64,000 nucleotides of DNA from Balanoglossus misakiensis. Lineage: Eukaryota; Animalia; Hemichordata. The notes beneath the pieces are model-generated. The model saw only the letters and a program-made list of their open reading frames with translations. It was not told the origin of the DNA and did no database searches. Position 1 is the first letter of the stretch; every line of letters begins with the position of its first letter. Made by a program: the position numbers and the translations under genes. Shown piece by piece: positions 13,347 to 28,026 of the stretch. The stretch covers positions 5,612,209-5,676,208 of the forward strand of contig CM082592.2 of NCBI GenBank assembly GCA_040954595.2, given 5' to 3'.

Positions 13347-16300
13347 TCACAAATCTAATGAAACGTCCCCGCCGCAGGTCGAGTTCGGCGTCATAGCCCA
13401 GGCAGGATATGTCTTGACGTCGAATATAAGGACCCCATAGGTGTTGATGAAAAAGAGAGCCACAAGGATACCAATGAGGCTCAACACAAATCCAACTTTT
13501 GCCTGAAAATGAAAAAAAAACCAGCATTACCAGCAAACCCATTCCCTTGCGAATAAGTTATCCTAATAGTATCAGGAGAATAGTCGCTTACCATGTCAGG
13601 CGTTGTCAGGTGTCCGTACGTGACTACGATGGCGTTCGGGGGTGTTGCCACTGGCAACATGAAGGCGTAGGAGCAGGCGATGGCCGATGGTACTATCAAG
13701 TACAAAGGGTTGACGCAAATGCTTTCAGCCTACAAAGAAAACGGGTGAAAATTGTAAAAATGTAAAAAGTAACGTGGCGAAGTGGCCTACATTTACCAAC
13801 AGGATTTTCATTAATTGACAATGTTCGTCGTTGTGGTCATGAAAGGTGTACCAGCGCCCTCACAAGTGTTAAACAATGTGATGGTTCGCCGGGCCTACAC
13901 ATTAATTAGCTTTCAGTTAGCTTGTCTGTGACTCACCAGATCCGCCATAATGGGCAGGAATATGGTCGCGACGGCGACGTTGGTCATGATTTCTGTGAAG
14001 AAACACACCACCGTCGCAGAAATCAGCACAATCACTTCGGTGGGCATGAAGTCCAGTACGGCTAGCTGACTACCAAGCCAGCTGGACAGCCCCGACACCT
14101 TTGTCGAACAGAAAGGAGAATATTTGTCGGTTATGTAACGAATACATAAAGTCGTAGTACTAGTGTTTTTCCTGTAAGATTCCCTTCAGATATGAGGCAT
14201 AGACGTGTGGGAATTTTTGACCTCAGTAAATTATGTTGAAATTCACAGGGTATTATCACGCCCGAATTCCTACGCTTGAATTTTCATTCAAATGGAGGAT
14301 ATTAAGAGTTTAGGGTCTTGAGTCGAAGTAGGTCGAGGAATCGGAAACATAATATTTCTTAGTCTAATGCCTAATGCCTAAGACGCGATTGAAGTACCGA
14401 AAAAACATAGACCCTGGTGAAATATTTCTCCAGGGTTATGGTTTTACTAACGAGACAATTGAACTGAACCCACTCTTCCCATTGGCTACTGCATTGTGAC
14501 GTGTGCGCGCCTTACCCGACATCCTTCGGCCAGAGCCAATCCGCCTCCGAGCAGCAATATGATGCCCCACGGCAGACCTTGATGCACGCTCTTCCAGTTC
14601 AACAACGAAGTCCTGGGACCGACAGGGGAGTCGTCTGCAAAGGCAAAAGTGCGCGGCTGCGTTGATGATTTCGCACATCGAATAACGGTTCGAATGTGGC
14701 TCTTTGTTCACGATTCCGAGGTATACTATATCACTGGCAATTCTGTGAATGATGGGATCGGACATGAGGCTTTGGCCCAGACTCATACAACGCACGGCTA
14801 TGTGACAATCATGCCGAAATGATACTCAGCGAATCACCAAAATCGTGTAGAAAATTTGGAAATCTTGGACTTTAATAATCAATAATATTCATATTTATGA
14901 ATTTGTCAATCGGTGTTTGATTTTAAAATTTGTGTGGACTGGTCACGTGTCTTGAAATATGGTACTTACCGTCTCTCCGTCGGCAGCAAAGAAAGTTCGG
15001 CGTTTGCGCCGGCAAAATGAACAACAGCACGGAAATAAGCATGACGGGCGTGGAATCAGACACATACCTTGTAAATAAACCATAAATATTAATGTTTTGT
15101 TATACTTTATTCCTTCCACTGAACTAACTTCATAGCACTATTAATGTTGCCATAGAGATTATTGTAAACATTCTCAAAACACAGAGGTAAAGTTGAAGCA
15201 AAACAGCATACAGCCAAGCGAAGGCATTTTATTTACCCGGGCTCAAACAGATTCCCCCAACCGTATCCAGCGATGTCTCTGGTCATCCATAGAAATATCA
15301 ACACGATGAAAATGATCAAAACGGAGCCCTCGGCCCAACTGCAGAGAAAAAAATGGTACAAAATGAGCAGTTTGCAAAAATGAAGTCTATGAGAGGGGGT
15401 CCTCACCTCCCGATATGCTGTTTTATAAATCGTAACACAAGCCCAGGTGTAGCACTGTAAACGAGAAGCGTGTTTTAGTTTTGCCTGTACCAAATTTTGC
15501 AATATTTTCCGATGAGCAAAACAATCTCACCTCATTTTACCCAGCGAATTGTACTCATCTCTGATGACGTTACTCACTCCACTCGAGTTCCTCGTCGTTT
15601 CTTTGCTCTTCTTTCCACACGGGCAGCACGCACTACAATTATCGCGGCAACTTCAGGACATGCCAGACAAAGAGAAAATGTTTTTCATATATGCAGCTTT
15701 CGGGGACGTCTATAAAACTATTCTTTTTACACGGATATTGGCGGCCATTTTGAATACATGTATCAAGTTCGAGACGATTTTGATCTAATATTCAAGATTT
15801 TGCAAGGTGACCCATTTATTCCCACTTTAAGACAAAATCATCTAAAGTTGCTTTGAGCTTGAGCAAAATATGAGGAATAATTTTAAGACTTTGATTTTCG
15901 AGGCGCATTTCTATCTTAATCGTGACAAGAAAATAGGCGCGTTGATAACACAAAATGCACAGCAGGTAAACTATTTGATCGTGTGACATTTACCCTAAAA
16001 ACCAAAACTGTAACAGCAGCCAGGTGATGAATTCAAAGACGATGACTCCGGGTAACGCGTAGATTAACCAGGAAGCGAAGTCCAGGCCAGTCTCTGTGCC
16101 GTAACGCCTGTGTGGCAAAAGAAATGGGAGACGCGTGCATGTGTATGTTAAACTTAATAGTAACAAATAGAACCGATTCATATTCCTCCAAAAGAGTCCC
16201 TTATAGCATAGACAGTAATTGCTTATAGTTATACATAGAATCAACAGTGACTGGTCCTCTTCAGTCAAGTTTTTGACTAAAATGGTAGCCCATACCCTAC

Positions 16301-19064
16301 CCTTTCCTTGTATCACAGCGCAGCCAGCGGCCGGAATGGGGGAAGGGGACCAGACTGTAAGATAGGCGGGGCCTTACCCTTCAATGACTCCCAGCATGAC
16401 AATGTTCGTCGATGTACCGATCACCGTCCCCGTTCCACCGATGCTGGCAGCATACGCTATGCAGATGAGAAGCGCTTTGCCCATCCTCTGGTCCGCTTCT
16501 GACATGTCCTCGTACTGAATATCCTCTGGTGGCGTCGCAGCTTTTGCGGTTTCCATCGACTTGCTAGCAAATGAGTGTAGGACAACAGGTGTGTAAGCAT
16601 TTGTATTGACCAAGTGCGTTATACGTATAAATGCGGGTGATATAGTATGATACATGGTGGAAAGGAGTACTTTTGACTGGAGATGTATACTAGTATATCC
16701 CACATAAACGTCAGTTGTGCTGAAAAAAAAACAAAGCCTGAAACCAAATTATATATTTACACGCTCCCGTTGCTTTTGTTGTTCTTGTCAAGTAACGGCG
16801 TCTCTTCCGTCAGCGAGATGTCCTCTTGCGAATCGCCACTTTTCTCGTCATCATGATCATACAACGAACCTGTCTGAGATCAAACACCACAAAAATGCCT
16901 TGTCAGTCTTAGTTTGCATGTATAATGAATTGAGATCCGGTGACACACACATTTTTCGCACGTATTAAACTGTGACGTGGTACACATTGACCTTACAGAG
17001 ATCTCATAGGGCTGGTGACGTTCATATATACATACCTGATCTGCTGATTCTTCGTCTGCACTGCCACTTTTGGCCCTCACTATTTGCATCAGAACAGCGT
17101 GTGCTATCGGCGCCATCATGGCCGCAGTAGCCGTGTTGCTTATAAACATGGATAAGCATGCTGTAGGAACCATGAACCCTAACATCAACCTGGAAGAGAA
17201 AATAGCAACAAAATGGCGGAGTGTCCATGCAGCACAAGCGTAGTAGAGGTTTCACTCGTGAAGTTCTCCAGGGGCTTTTGCAAAACAGCACCACCAGCGG
17301 CAGATTTATAAGAAGCGTGATGTGAGAGAGAAGTACTCATAATGAATAAGAGTCCTGCAGCAAAAAGTGACAGCATGGACGTCAATGCTTAGAGCTTGGC
17401 TTTGCAAACGTTTCCACTAACCAGCGAACTTTCACTCCAACCAGCAACAGAACGCGCAGAGCCATCCGTTTGTGCAAGTTGCAGCGTTCGATGGCGATCG
17501 CCATGATCAGACCGCCGATGAGCAGAACGTTGACGTCCTCCAGGTAGTTGATGGATGTCTCCTTAGCCGTCATCACCCCCATCAGCGGGAACAGCACCAG
17601 CGGTAGCAAAGCCGTCACCGACAGGGGGAGTACGTCCGTTGCCCAGTACACCGCCATGAGGATGAGAACATACCCGGCGTTTGACTCCTGTGAAAATTGA
17701 CATTTACTGTTTCAGTAGGCTGGCTAGGAAATCGTTACTTCCCACTTAAATACGTTGCAAGACATGCCTGTAACTTTCAGTTGCAACGGGGGTGTGCTCT
17801 ACAGGAACCGGGGGGTGTCACATTTTATGAACCTACGCAGTGTCAATTGGTCTGCAATGGTAAATGATTAACACCTTTTTAAACACAATCCACGTGTTCT
17901 GCATCGGGTGCCGCCAAGAAACATCCACCGACATATAATGATGCTAAGCTACTAATTAAAGGTGAATTACACAAATGTGACGTGGAGGTGCCGGTAATAT
18001 AAGAAATCGGATCAAGGTACATTTTATATCGGTAGGCCAAGAATTGTGTAATTGGCTCAGGTTTGAGTGTAGCTTTTGGCGGATTGTCTTTGTATTTTAG
18101 ACCAGGATTTAATTTTTTTTTTTTTTGCAGATTTCGATACATGGTAGACAAGATGGCGTACCTATTACATTTTAACCGTGACCTCTGTAGGAGGGTCACA
18201 TTTTAGTAGCAATGTCCCATGGGGGGAAGGTCACCTTTTACGTGACCGACCGACCGGCATACTGATATCATCTCCCGTAATGACCGAAAGCTCCTTCGGG
18301 TAGTATTTCGGTTTTGGAAAAAAACATTGCGTCTCTTTGACAAAATGGCTTGTGGTCTTGAAGTAGCTCCCGGAAGACAGCACCAGGGATAAGTGGTGTG
18401 ACTTCGCGTTCCCTTCCCGCCTAATCCATGGATTATCCAGTCGAGCGCCAGAAGCACGAAAATGCACGGCACAGCATATCACTTTTCAATTAATTAATTA
18501 ACAATTTATGAATGAGCATTAATTAAAGTTATAGATAGTTGAGGTGTAGGTAAGAGATGCCCTTGAGCCTTTTCTGGCCTCCCTACTTGAACAAAATCGA
18601 AATGTTCACATCGTGTTTTTGAGATTTGCTCCGCTCATGACCTGTGATGCAACCCGATAGATAGGTGCACGTATACACGTACGTTAAAATATAAAACCTG
18701 GCCCCATATTCTCCCGCGTCTTCCAGTTAATTGAACTTTTTGGATGACTTTTTTGCCTACGGAAGAATTACAGGCCTGCCCCGCTATCTTTCCATATTTC
18801 GTTTTTGGCGTTTGGTGTTTTCTTAAGATTTCTGCAACCTTGCGTATATATTGGGATGCGCACACCTGACCTATATTGAATCCTTTAAAAATATTCGGCG
18901 TGAACTTCATTTCTGAAGCGTCACTGTCGCTGCCGGTAGAGTTAGCTTACCTTTCCGTCGACGGCGAGCGGAAGCGGCAAGGTCAAGAGCGGAGTCAGGA
19001 TGATGATCCACGTCGCACGGTAGGCCCACACCTCGGCCAGAACGGATTTTGCCGTGAAAGCCAT
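13347..19064 (-). CDS. SLC13/DASS family transporter, paralog B (complete, 13 exons)
   Basis: Exons 18951-19064 (MAFTAKSVLAEVWAYR), 17422-17687, 17036-17189 (ISNTATAAMM), 16761-16873, 16378-16563 (IGGTGTVIGTSTN), 15994-16107, 15531-15650, 15237-15338, 14970-15067, 14516-14634, 13937-14098, 13592-13729 ([12 protein letters not shown]) and 13347-13502 (TGA). Open frame across GT-AG junctions. Confidence 0.92.
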
Positions 19065-20733
19065 TTCTTCATGGAGTACAGAGCATAGCTGTCACCCGTG
19101 GGTCGTTCAAGCCGTTGTAGGGCATCCGGCGGGGCTGTTGTCAATTATAAACAAAACTTGGTAAATCGATAAAATAAACTGGCACCAAAGGTATGGTTAA
19201 TTGGCCGAATATTAACTATTGTGAGTGACCGTTGTCACGGCATGTCTGTGGGTCATGTGTTTGGTGAATCTTCACTGTGATTATATGTCAAATGGCGTCT
19301 CCTCAGCGGGTTCGAAGGCATGAACGACAGAAAATTTGGAACATTTTGAATTTTAGAAACAGTATATTATCGCCGGGATATAAACCTGGCTGACAGAGTT
19401 ACACAAAATCCACGTTACCGATAATTACTCGGTGCCCTTTTAACCCGCGATGTGTTGGCGCTGCCCCCTAGTAATTAAATGTCACGGTGACCATTTACCC
19501 AGTTGCAATAAACCAGAAAGGTCAAACTGGATTAAAGCTGCAAGCAGCGTTGGGGGGGCACAAGCGGTTCCCATGGTGACCAGCAAATTCCACGGCTGTA
19601 TCTGCTGGGGATACCGAGACATGGGAAAGTAGGTCAAAGGTCACCTGAGGTCACCCCAAATTTGGGCAAAAAAATTGGACCCCATACTAGTCTAGATCCA
19701 ACAAAAAAACCAGACCCCTAGCCCTATTGGTTCGCCTGCAATTAGGTATGCACATAATTAATGAGGTCTTGTGTAAGACTCCATTATGTGCTCAATACCC
19801 ATAACAGCCAGGGCTCTAACTGCTCTGGATGCTGAGATATGGGAAAGTAGATCAAAGGTCACCCAAGGTCACCCAAAATTAGGGCATAAAATTTTGACCC
19901 CAGACTGGGCCATGTCCAACCAATACCAGACCTCTAGCCCTATTGGGTAGCATGGAATTAGATATGCAGAAATAGGTCAAAGGTCATTGCCAAAATTACC
20001 AAAATATTTGTGTCATGTCCTGGCAGCATTGGTACCCATGTCCACAAAATTCATGAATGTGGTGCTTTTACAAGAGGAGGTATGGGGAATATGCATATAT
20101 AATTAGTTCTTTTAAAACTGGGTCAAAGGTCATGTGAAAATTGCCACGAAAAATTGTGACAACTTCCGGTCATATGATGACTCATATCCAAAAAAAGAAT
20201 TTCCGTGCTGTCAACATTTTGGCTACAAAACGGAATTATCACTTTTCAATGGTTTTCCGAAAATCCAACATGGCCGCCATAATGATCGACCAATCACAGT
20301 GCGCTTCGCAAACTTGATAGACATAGGTTAGGTGACCACATATCCCAAATCCCGAGAATCGGTAACCGCTGGTTCTGGAGAAGAAGATTTTTAAAGTTTT
20401 AAGTATTTTTTAAGAAAAACAATTGTAGCAAAAAAACTTTATGTGTGACGTCATGATTTCAATGGGGTAAAATGATGGACAGAAGGTAGGCTACCTGCAC
20501 ACCAAATTTGAACTCGATCGGCCTTGTAGTTTTTGAGAAGGACTCATTTAACGGTTTTCAGGAAATCCAATATGGCCGCCAGGTCACATGACTAATTAAA
20601 TATTCACGGGCCACTGCACGTCTACTCATTGGCCCCTATCACCCTACCAAGTTTCAGCCCCCTAGGTGCTGCGGTTTTCCAGATCTACCTGGCCGAATTT
20701 CTCGGAAGAAGAAGAAGAAGAAGAAGAAGAAGA

Positions 20734-22180
20734 AATATAGCTGCAAGCAGCAATAGCGGGCCCAAGCCAACATAGCACATAGCAACATAGCAATAAGCAT
20801 ATCTACTCTGGATGTCAAGATATGGTAAAGTAGGTCAAAGGTCAACTGAGTTCATGCAAAATTTGGGCAAGAAATTTTGACCCTATACTGGTCCATGTTC
20901 AACAAAAACCAAACCTATAGCCCTATTGGTTAGCCTGTAATTAGGTATGCACATAATTAATGAGGTAGGCAGGTGTCACAACTGACCCCCAATTTGGCTT
21001 TCCAATTTTAGTCCCAACCCTCCAAACGCCAAGCCTGTACCTGCTCTGGATGCCGAGATCTGGTAAAGTAGGTCAAAGGTCACCTGAGGTCATGCAAAAT
21101 TTGGGCAAGAAATTTTGACCCTATACTGGTCCATGTTCAACAAAAACCAAACCTATAGCTCTACTGGTTAGCCTGGAATTAGGTATGCACATAATTAATG
21201 AGATATGCAGGTGTCACAGGTGATCCCCATTTTGGCTTTTCAATTTTAGTCACAACCCTCCAAACGCCAAGTCTGTACCTGCTCTGGATGCCGAGATATA
21301 GGAAAGTAGGTCAAAGGTCACCTGAGGTCACCGAAAATTTGGTAAACATTTTTGACCCCATACTAGTCCTTGTCACACAAGAACAATACCTCTAGCCCTA
21401 TTAGTTAGCCCGGAATGAGGTATGTGCATAATTAATGAGTTAAGCAGGTGTTACAGGTGAGCCCAAAATTTTGCCTTTTATTTTGGTCCCATTCTGCGCA
21501 CGGGCCAATAGACAGTCAGTGTACAGGAACATTGCACAGACCAGAATTCTACAATAAGACGTGGACATAGCTTAACCATAGAGGTATAAGTAAAGGTATA
21601 AATGTCATAAAAAAATTAATATAAAAAAATCGGTCGATTTTTCATATTAATTTTTTTCGCTTAAAATTATTGGCAAATGCTAAGCTACCTGCACACCAAA
21701 CTTGGAGTTGATCGGCCCAACATATTTTGAGATATGACTGCATATTCATCCAAAATAAAATGTGGTCAAAGCTTAACTATGTATAGTATAGGCCGATGGC
21801 TTGGCCGAAAAATATGAAAAATAATACTTAAAAATCTTCTTCTCAAAATTGACAAGGCCTATGGCCTTGACATTTGGCATGTAGAACCCTGACCACATGG
21901 TTCACAAAAGTTGCTAAAAGAATTTTGATATCTCCGTGCATATGCAAATAAGGCCGATTTGAAAATTTTGCCCATATATGGTCATCAGGTCACATGACTT
22001 ATTGAACATTCACGAGGGTACTGCACCAGCTCTCATTGGCCTGCACCATTGTGCCAAATTTGAGATTTGTGGGTTCAGCAGTTTTTCAGATCTACCTGGC
22101 CGAAAAAAGTGCCCAAGAAGAAGTAGAAGAAAAAAGCCAACAATACCAATAGGGCACAAGCCTGTGGGGCTTGTGCCCTA
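20734..22180 (-). mobile_element. HINE-like element H2 (complete)
   Basis: gctgcaagcagc+gggcccaagc at ~20740-20767; three 238-bp monomers (AGGTCA anchors 20832, 21070, 21308); hairpin tagggcacaagcc..ggcttgtgcccta at 22150-22180. Confidence 0.75.
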
Positions 22181-24592
22181 ATAATAATAAAGAATTAAAG
22201 CTGCGAGCAGCATTGTCGGGCCCAAGCGCTGATCTCGAATTATATATGCACAGTATGAATGAGAAGAAACAGAATTTCTATCGGATGTATTATCTCATGA
22301 CATAACAAGGACGTGTGTATTTTTGCTGCTAAAATAGGGTAAAGTAGGTCAAAGGTCACCAGAGGTCATCCAACATTTGGGCAAAATATTATGACCCCAT
22401 ACTGGTCCATGTATGACAAAAACCAAACCTCTAGCTCTATTGGTTCGCCTGTAATTAGCTATGTACATAATTAATGAGGTCAGCAGAGGTCAAAGGGGTC
22501 ATGAAAAGTAGCAAAATATTTTGATCACACACTAATCCACATTCATCAAAAACCAAACGTCTAGCCCTATAGGTTAGACTTGAATTAAATATGCAGAAAT
22601 AATAACGCGTGATAAGTAGGTCAAAGGTCAAGTGAAAAATCGCCAAAAATTTGTAACATATTTCAGTCACATGACGATTGATATCCATAAAAAGAATTTG
22701 TATGCTATCAATTTTTAGACTAGAAAAAGGAATTTCAATTTTTCACTGCTTTTTACAAAATCCAATATGGCCACCATAATCTTCGACCAATCACAATGCT
22801 CTTTGCAAACTTGATAGACATCAGAGTAGTGACCATACTCCCCGAATCTTGCAACTCAGTCATCGCCCGTTCTGGAGAAGAAGATTGTTGCAGTTTTACT
22901 ATGGTTTTTCGAAAATCCAATATGGCCGCCGTAATCGTCGACCAATCACAATGATCTTCGCAAACTTGATAGACATCAGTTAGGTGACCACATACCAAAA
23001 ACCCCGTGACTCGGTTTTCACTGGTTCTGGAGAAGAAGATTTTTGAAATTTAAGCCAGATTTCAGGAAAAAAATTGTAGCAAAAAAACTGCAACTTTTAC
23101 AGCATAATTTCCGATTACAAAAATGATGGGCAGAAGGTAGTCTACCTGCATGCCAAATTTGAAGTCGATCTGACTTGTAGTTTCTGAGATCTGAGATTTG
23201 CATTTTTTTAGAAAATCCAATATGGCCGCCAGGTCACGTGACTAATTAAGTATTCACAAGTCACTGCACATCTACTCATTGACCTTGACCACTTTAGCAA
23301 GTTTGAGCAGTGTACCTGCAGTAGTTTCAGAGATCTCGTTGGCCGAAGAATTGACAGGAGAATAAAGAAAGAAAGATTAAAGCTGCAAGCAGCGTTGGCG
23401 GGGCACAAGCGGTTCCCATGGTGACCAGCAAATGCCACGGCTGTATCTGCTGGGGATACAAAGATATGGGAAAGTAGGTCAAAGGTCACCTAAGGTCACC
23501 CTAAATTTGGGCAAAAAAATTGGACCCCATATAAGTCTAGGTCCAACAAAAACAAGACCCCTAGCTCTATTGGTTCGCCTAGAATTAGGTATGCGCATAA
23601 TTAATGAGGTCTTGTGTAAGACTCCATATGTGCTCCATCTGCCCCCTAAAAGCCAGGACTCTAACTGCTGTGGATGCTGAGATATGGGAAAGTAGATCAA
23701 AGGTCATCCAAGGTCACCCAAAATTTGGGCATAAAATTTTGACCCCAGAGTGGGCCATGTCCAACTAAAACCAGACCTCTAGCCCTATTGGTTAGCCTGG
23801 AATTAGATATGCAGAAAAATGATGTTTCAGAAATAGGTCAAGGGTCATTGCCAAAATTACCAAAATATTTGTGCCATGTCGTGGCTGCATTGGTACCCAT
23901 GTCCACAAAATTCATGACTGTGGTGCTTTGACAAGAGGAGGTATGTTGAATATGCATATATAATTAGTTGTTTTAAAACTGGGTCAAAGGTCATGTGAAA
24001 ATTGCCCCGAAAAATTGTGACAACTTCCGGTCATATGATGACTCATATCCAAAAAAAGAATTTCCGTGCTGTCAATATTTTGGCTACAAAACGGAATTTT
24101 CATTTTTCAATGGTTTTCCGAAAATCCAACATGGCCGCCATAATGATCGACCAATCACAGTGTGCTTCGCAAACTTGATAGACATAGGTTAGGTGACCAC
24201 ATGTCCCAAATCCCGAGACTCAGTAACCGCTGGTTCTGGAGAAGAAGATTTTTAAAGTTTTAGGTAGTTTTTCAGAAAAACAATTGTAGCAAAAAAACTT
24301 TATGTATGACGTCATGATTTTAATGGGGTAAAATGATGGACATAAGGTAGGCTAACTGCACACCAAATTTGAACTCGATCGGCCCAGTGGTTTTAGAGAA
24401 GGACTCATTTAACGATTTTCAGGAAATCCAATATGGCCGCCAGGTCACGTGACTAATTAAATATTCACGAGCCACTGCATGTCTACTCATTGGCCCCTAT
24501 CACCCTACCAAGTTTCAGCCCCCTAGGTGCAGCGGTTTTCCAGATCTACCTGGCCGAATTTCTCGGAAGAAGAAGAAGAAGAAGAATAATAA

Positions 24593-26060
24593 TAATTAAA
24601 GCTGCAAGCAGCATTGTCCGGGCCCAAGCTCTATTATCTGATCTGATTATTAGATATGCACATAATTAATGAGTAGGAACATAATGCTGTGTTTTATCCC
24701 ATGAAATATCAAGGTTATATCTATGTTTGGTGTTGATATAGTGTTAAGTAGGTCAAAGGTCACCCAGAGGTCACCCACAATTTGGGCAGAAAATTTTGAC
24801 CCATAGTGGTCCATGTCCAACAAAACCAGATCTCTAGCCCTTTTGGTTAGCCCGAAATTAGGTATGCACATAAATAATGAGTTAAGCAGGTGTCACAGGT
24901 GACCCAAAACTTTGGCTTTTCATTATGGCCCCATACCTCCAAACGCCAAGGCTGTATCTGCTGTGGATGTCGAGATATGCAAAAGTAGGTCAAAGGTCAT
25001 CCGAGGTCACCCAACATTTTGGCAAAAAAATTTGACCCAATACTGGTTCATGTCCAACAAAAACCAAACCTCTAGGTCTATTGGTTCATCTGTAATTAGG
25101 TATGTGCATATTGAATGAGGTCAGCAGAGGTCAAAGGGGTCATGATAAGTAGCGAAATTTTTTGATCACATACAAATCCACATACATCAAAAACCAAAAT
25201 CATAGCCCTATAGGTTAGCCTGGAATTAGATATGCAGAAAAAAACGATGTGTCAAAAGTAGGTCAAAGGTCATTGCCAAAATTACCAAAATATTTGGGGT
25301 AGGTCCTGGCAGGGATGATACCAATGTGCACAAAAATCAGAACTCTGGTACATTTAGAACACGTAGTATGAGCTATATATGCATATATGCAGGTTCTTAA
25401 AAAAGTAGGTCAAAGGTCATGTGAAAATTTCAAAAATATTTGCAACATATTCTAGTCATATCACGACTCATATCCATAAAAAGAATTTGTTTGCTATCTA
25501 TTTTTAGACTAGAAAAATGATTTCTTAATTTTCGCTGGTTTTTACAAAATCCAATATGGCCGCCATAATCTTCGACCAATCACAACGCTCTTCGCAAACT
25601 TGATAGACATCAGTTAGGTGATGTCATACCCTAAATCCCATGACTCAGTTATTGCCGGTTCTGTAGAAGAAGATTTTTGAAGATTTTACTGTACTTTTTC
25701 GAAAATCCAATATGGCGGCCAAAGTCACGTGACCGCTCAGGATTTTATTGTCAAACTTAGAAGGGCAGAGGACATGTGTACCATACACCAAATTTGAACT
25801 TGATTGGCCCTGTGGTTTTTGAGAAGAAGCCATTTAAAGATTTTCAGAAAATCCAATATGGCCGCCAGGTCACGTGACTAATTAAATATTCACAAGCCAC
25901 TGCACATCTACTCATTGACCTTGACCACTGTAGCAAGTTTGAGAAGTGTACCTGTAGCCGTTTCAGAGATCTAGGAGAGCAAAGATTGACATAAGAATAA
26001 AGAAAGAAAAACTCCAACGAAACCAATACGGGCCCAAGCCTGGCTTGGCTTGGGCCCGTA
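24593..26060 (-). mobile_element. HINE-like element H5 (complete)
   Basis: aattaaagctgcaagcagcattgtccgggcccaagc ... hairpin tacgggcccaagcc..ggcttgggcccgta at 26027-26060. Confidence 0.8.
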
Positions 26061-26068
26061 ATAATAAT

Positions 26069-28026
26069 AATTAAAGCTGCAAGCAGCATTGTCCGGGCCC
26101 AAGCTTTATTATCTGATCTGATATTAGATATGCACATAATTAATGAGATGGAACATAATGCTGTGTTTATCCCATGAAATATCAAGGTTATATCTATGTT
26201 TGGTGCTGATATAGTGTTAAGTAGGTCAAAGGTCACCCAGAGGTCACCCACAATTTGGGCAGAAAATTTTGACCCATAGTGGTCCATGTCCAACAAAAAC
26301 CAGACCTCTAGGCCTTTTGGTTAGCACAGAATTAGGTATGCACATAAATAATGAGTTGAGCAGGGGTCACAGGTGACCCAAAACTTTGGCTTTTCATTAT
26401 AGCCCCATACCTCCAAATGCCAAGGCTGTACCTGCTTTGGATGCCGAGATATGCAAAAGTAGGTCAAAGGTCATCTGAGGTCATCCAAAATTTGGGCAGA
26501 AAATTTTGACCCATAGTGGTCCATGTCCAACAAAAACCAGACCTCTAGCCCTTTTGGTTAGCCCGGAATTATGTATGCACATAAATAATGAGTAAAGCAG
26601 GTGTCACAGGTGACCCAAAACTTTGGCTTTTCATTATGGCCCCATACCTCCAAATGCCAAGGCTGTACCTGCTTTGGATGCCGAGATATGCAAAAGTAGG
26701 TCAAAGGTCATCTGAGGTCATCCAAAATTTGGGCAGAAAATTTTGACCCATAGTGGTCCATGTCCAACAAAAACTAGACCTCTAGCCCTTTTGGTTAGCC
26801 CGAAATTAGGTATGCACATAAATAATGAGTAAAGCAGGTGTCACAGGTGACCCAAAACTGTGGCTTTTCATTATGGCCCCATACCTCCAAACGCCAAGGC
26901 TGTATCTGCTGTGGATGTCGAGATATGCAAAAGTAGGTCAAAGGTCACCCGAGGTCACCCAACATTTGGGCAAAATATTTTGACCCCATACTGGTCCATG
27001 TATAACAAAAACAAAACCTCAAGGTCTATTGGTTCATCATTAATTAGGTATGTGCATATTTAATGAGGTCAGCAGAGGTCAAAGGGGTCATGAGAAGTAG
27101 CAAAATTTTTTGATCACATACAAATCCACATACATCAAAAACCAAACTTATAGCCCTATTGGTTATCCTGGAATTAGATATGCAGAAAAATGATGCGTCA
27201 AAAGTAGGTCAAAGGTCATTGCCAAAATTACCAAAATATTTATAGCTTATTCTTGTCATATGATGATTCATATCCATAAAAAGAATTTCTGTGCTATCAA
27301 TTATTAGGCTAGAAAGGGAATTTTTACTTTTTAATCGTTTTTCACAAAATCCAATATGGCCGCCATAATCTTCGACCAATCACATTCATCTTCGCAAACT
27401 TGATAGACATCTGTTTAATGACCACACACACCAAATCTTGTGACTCGGTTATCGCCGGTTCTTGAGTAGAAGATTTTTCAAATTTTACTAGGGTTTTTCG
27501 AAAATCCAATATGGCCGCCATAATCTTGGACCAATCACTATGATCTTCGCAAACTTGATAGACATCAGTTAGGTGACCACATACCCCAAACCCCGTGTCT
27601 CGGTTATCACCGGTTCTGGAGAAGAAGATTTTTGAAATTTAGGCCAGATTTCAGAAAAAAAATTGTAGCAAAAAAACGGCAACTTTGTCAGCATAATTTC
27701 CAATTACAAAAATGATGGGCAGAAGGTAGTCTACCAGCATGCCAAATTTGAAGTCGATCTGACTTGTAGTTTCTGAGATCTGAGATTTGCATTTTTTCAG
27801 AAAATCCAAGATGGCCGCCATGTCACGTGACTAATTAAGTATTCACAAGTCACTGCACATCTACTCATTGACCTTGACCACTGTAGCAAGTTTGAGAACT
27901 GTACCTGCAGCGGTGTTTGAGATCTAGAGCGATAAAGAATGGAACCAAGAATAAAGAAAGAAAGAAAGACAGAAAAACCCCAGCGAAACCAATACGGGCC
28001 CAAGCCTGGCTTGGCTTGGGCCCGTA
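26069..28026 (-). mobile_element. HINE-like element H6 (complete, expanded internal 237-238 bp tandem repeat)
   Basis: Same ends as H5; monomer anchors 26223, 26461, 26698, 26935; hairpin 27993-28026. Confidence 0.8.

Noticed and set aside
15740-18300. Repeat-like intron fragments (15740-15918; ~17800-18295)
   Set aside because: Look like decayed MITE pieces, but paired termini and TSDs could not be established within the window.
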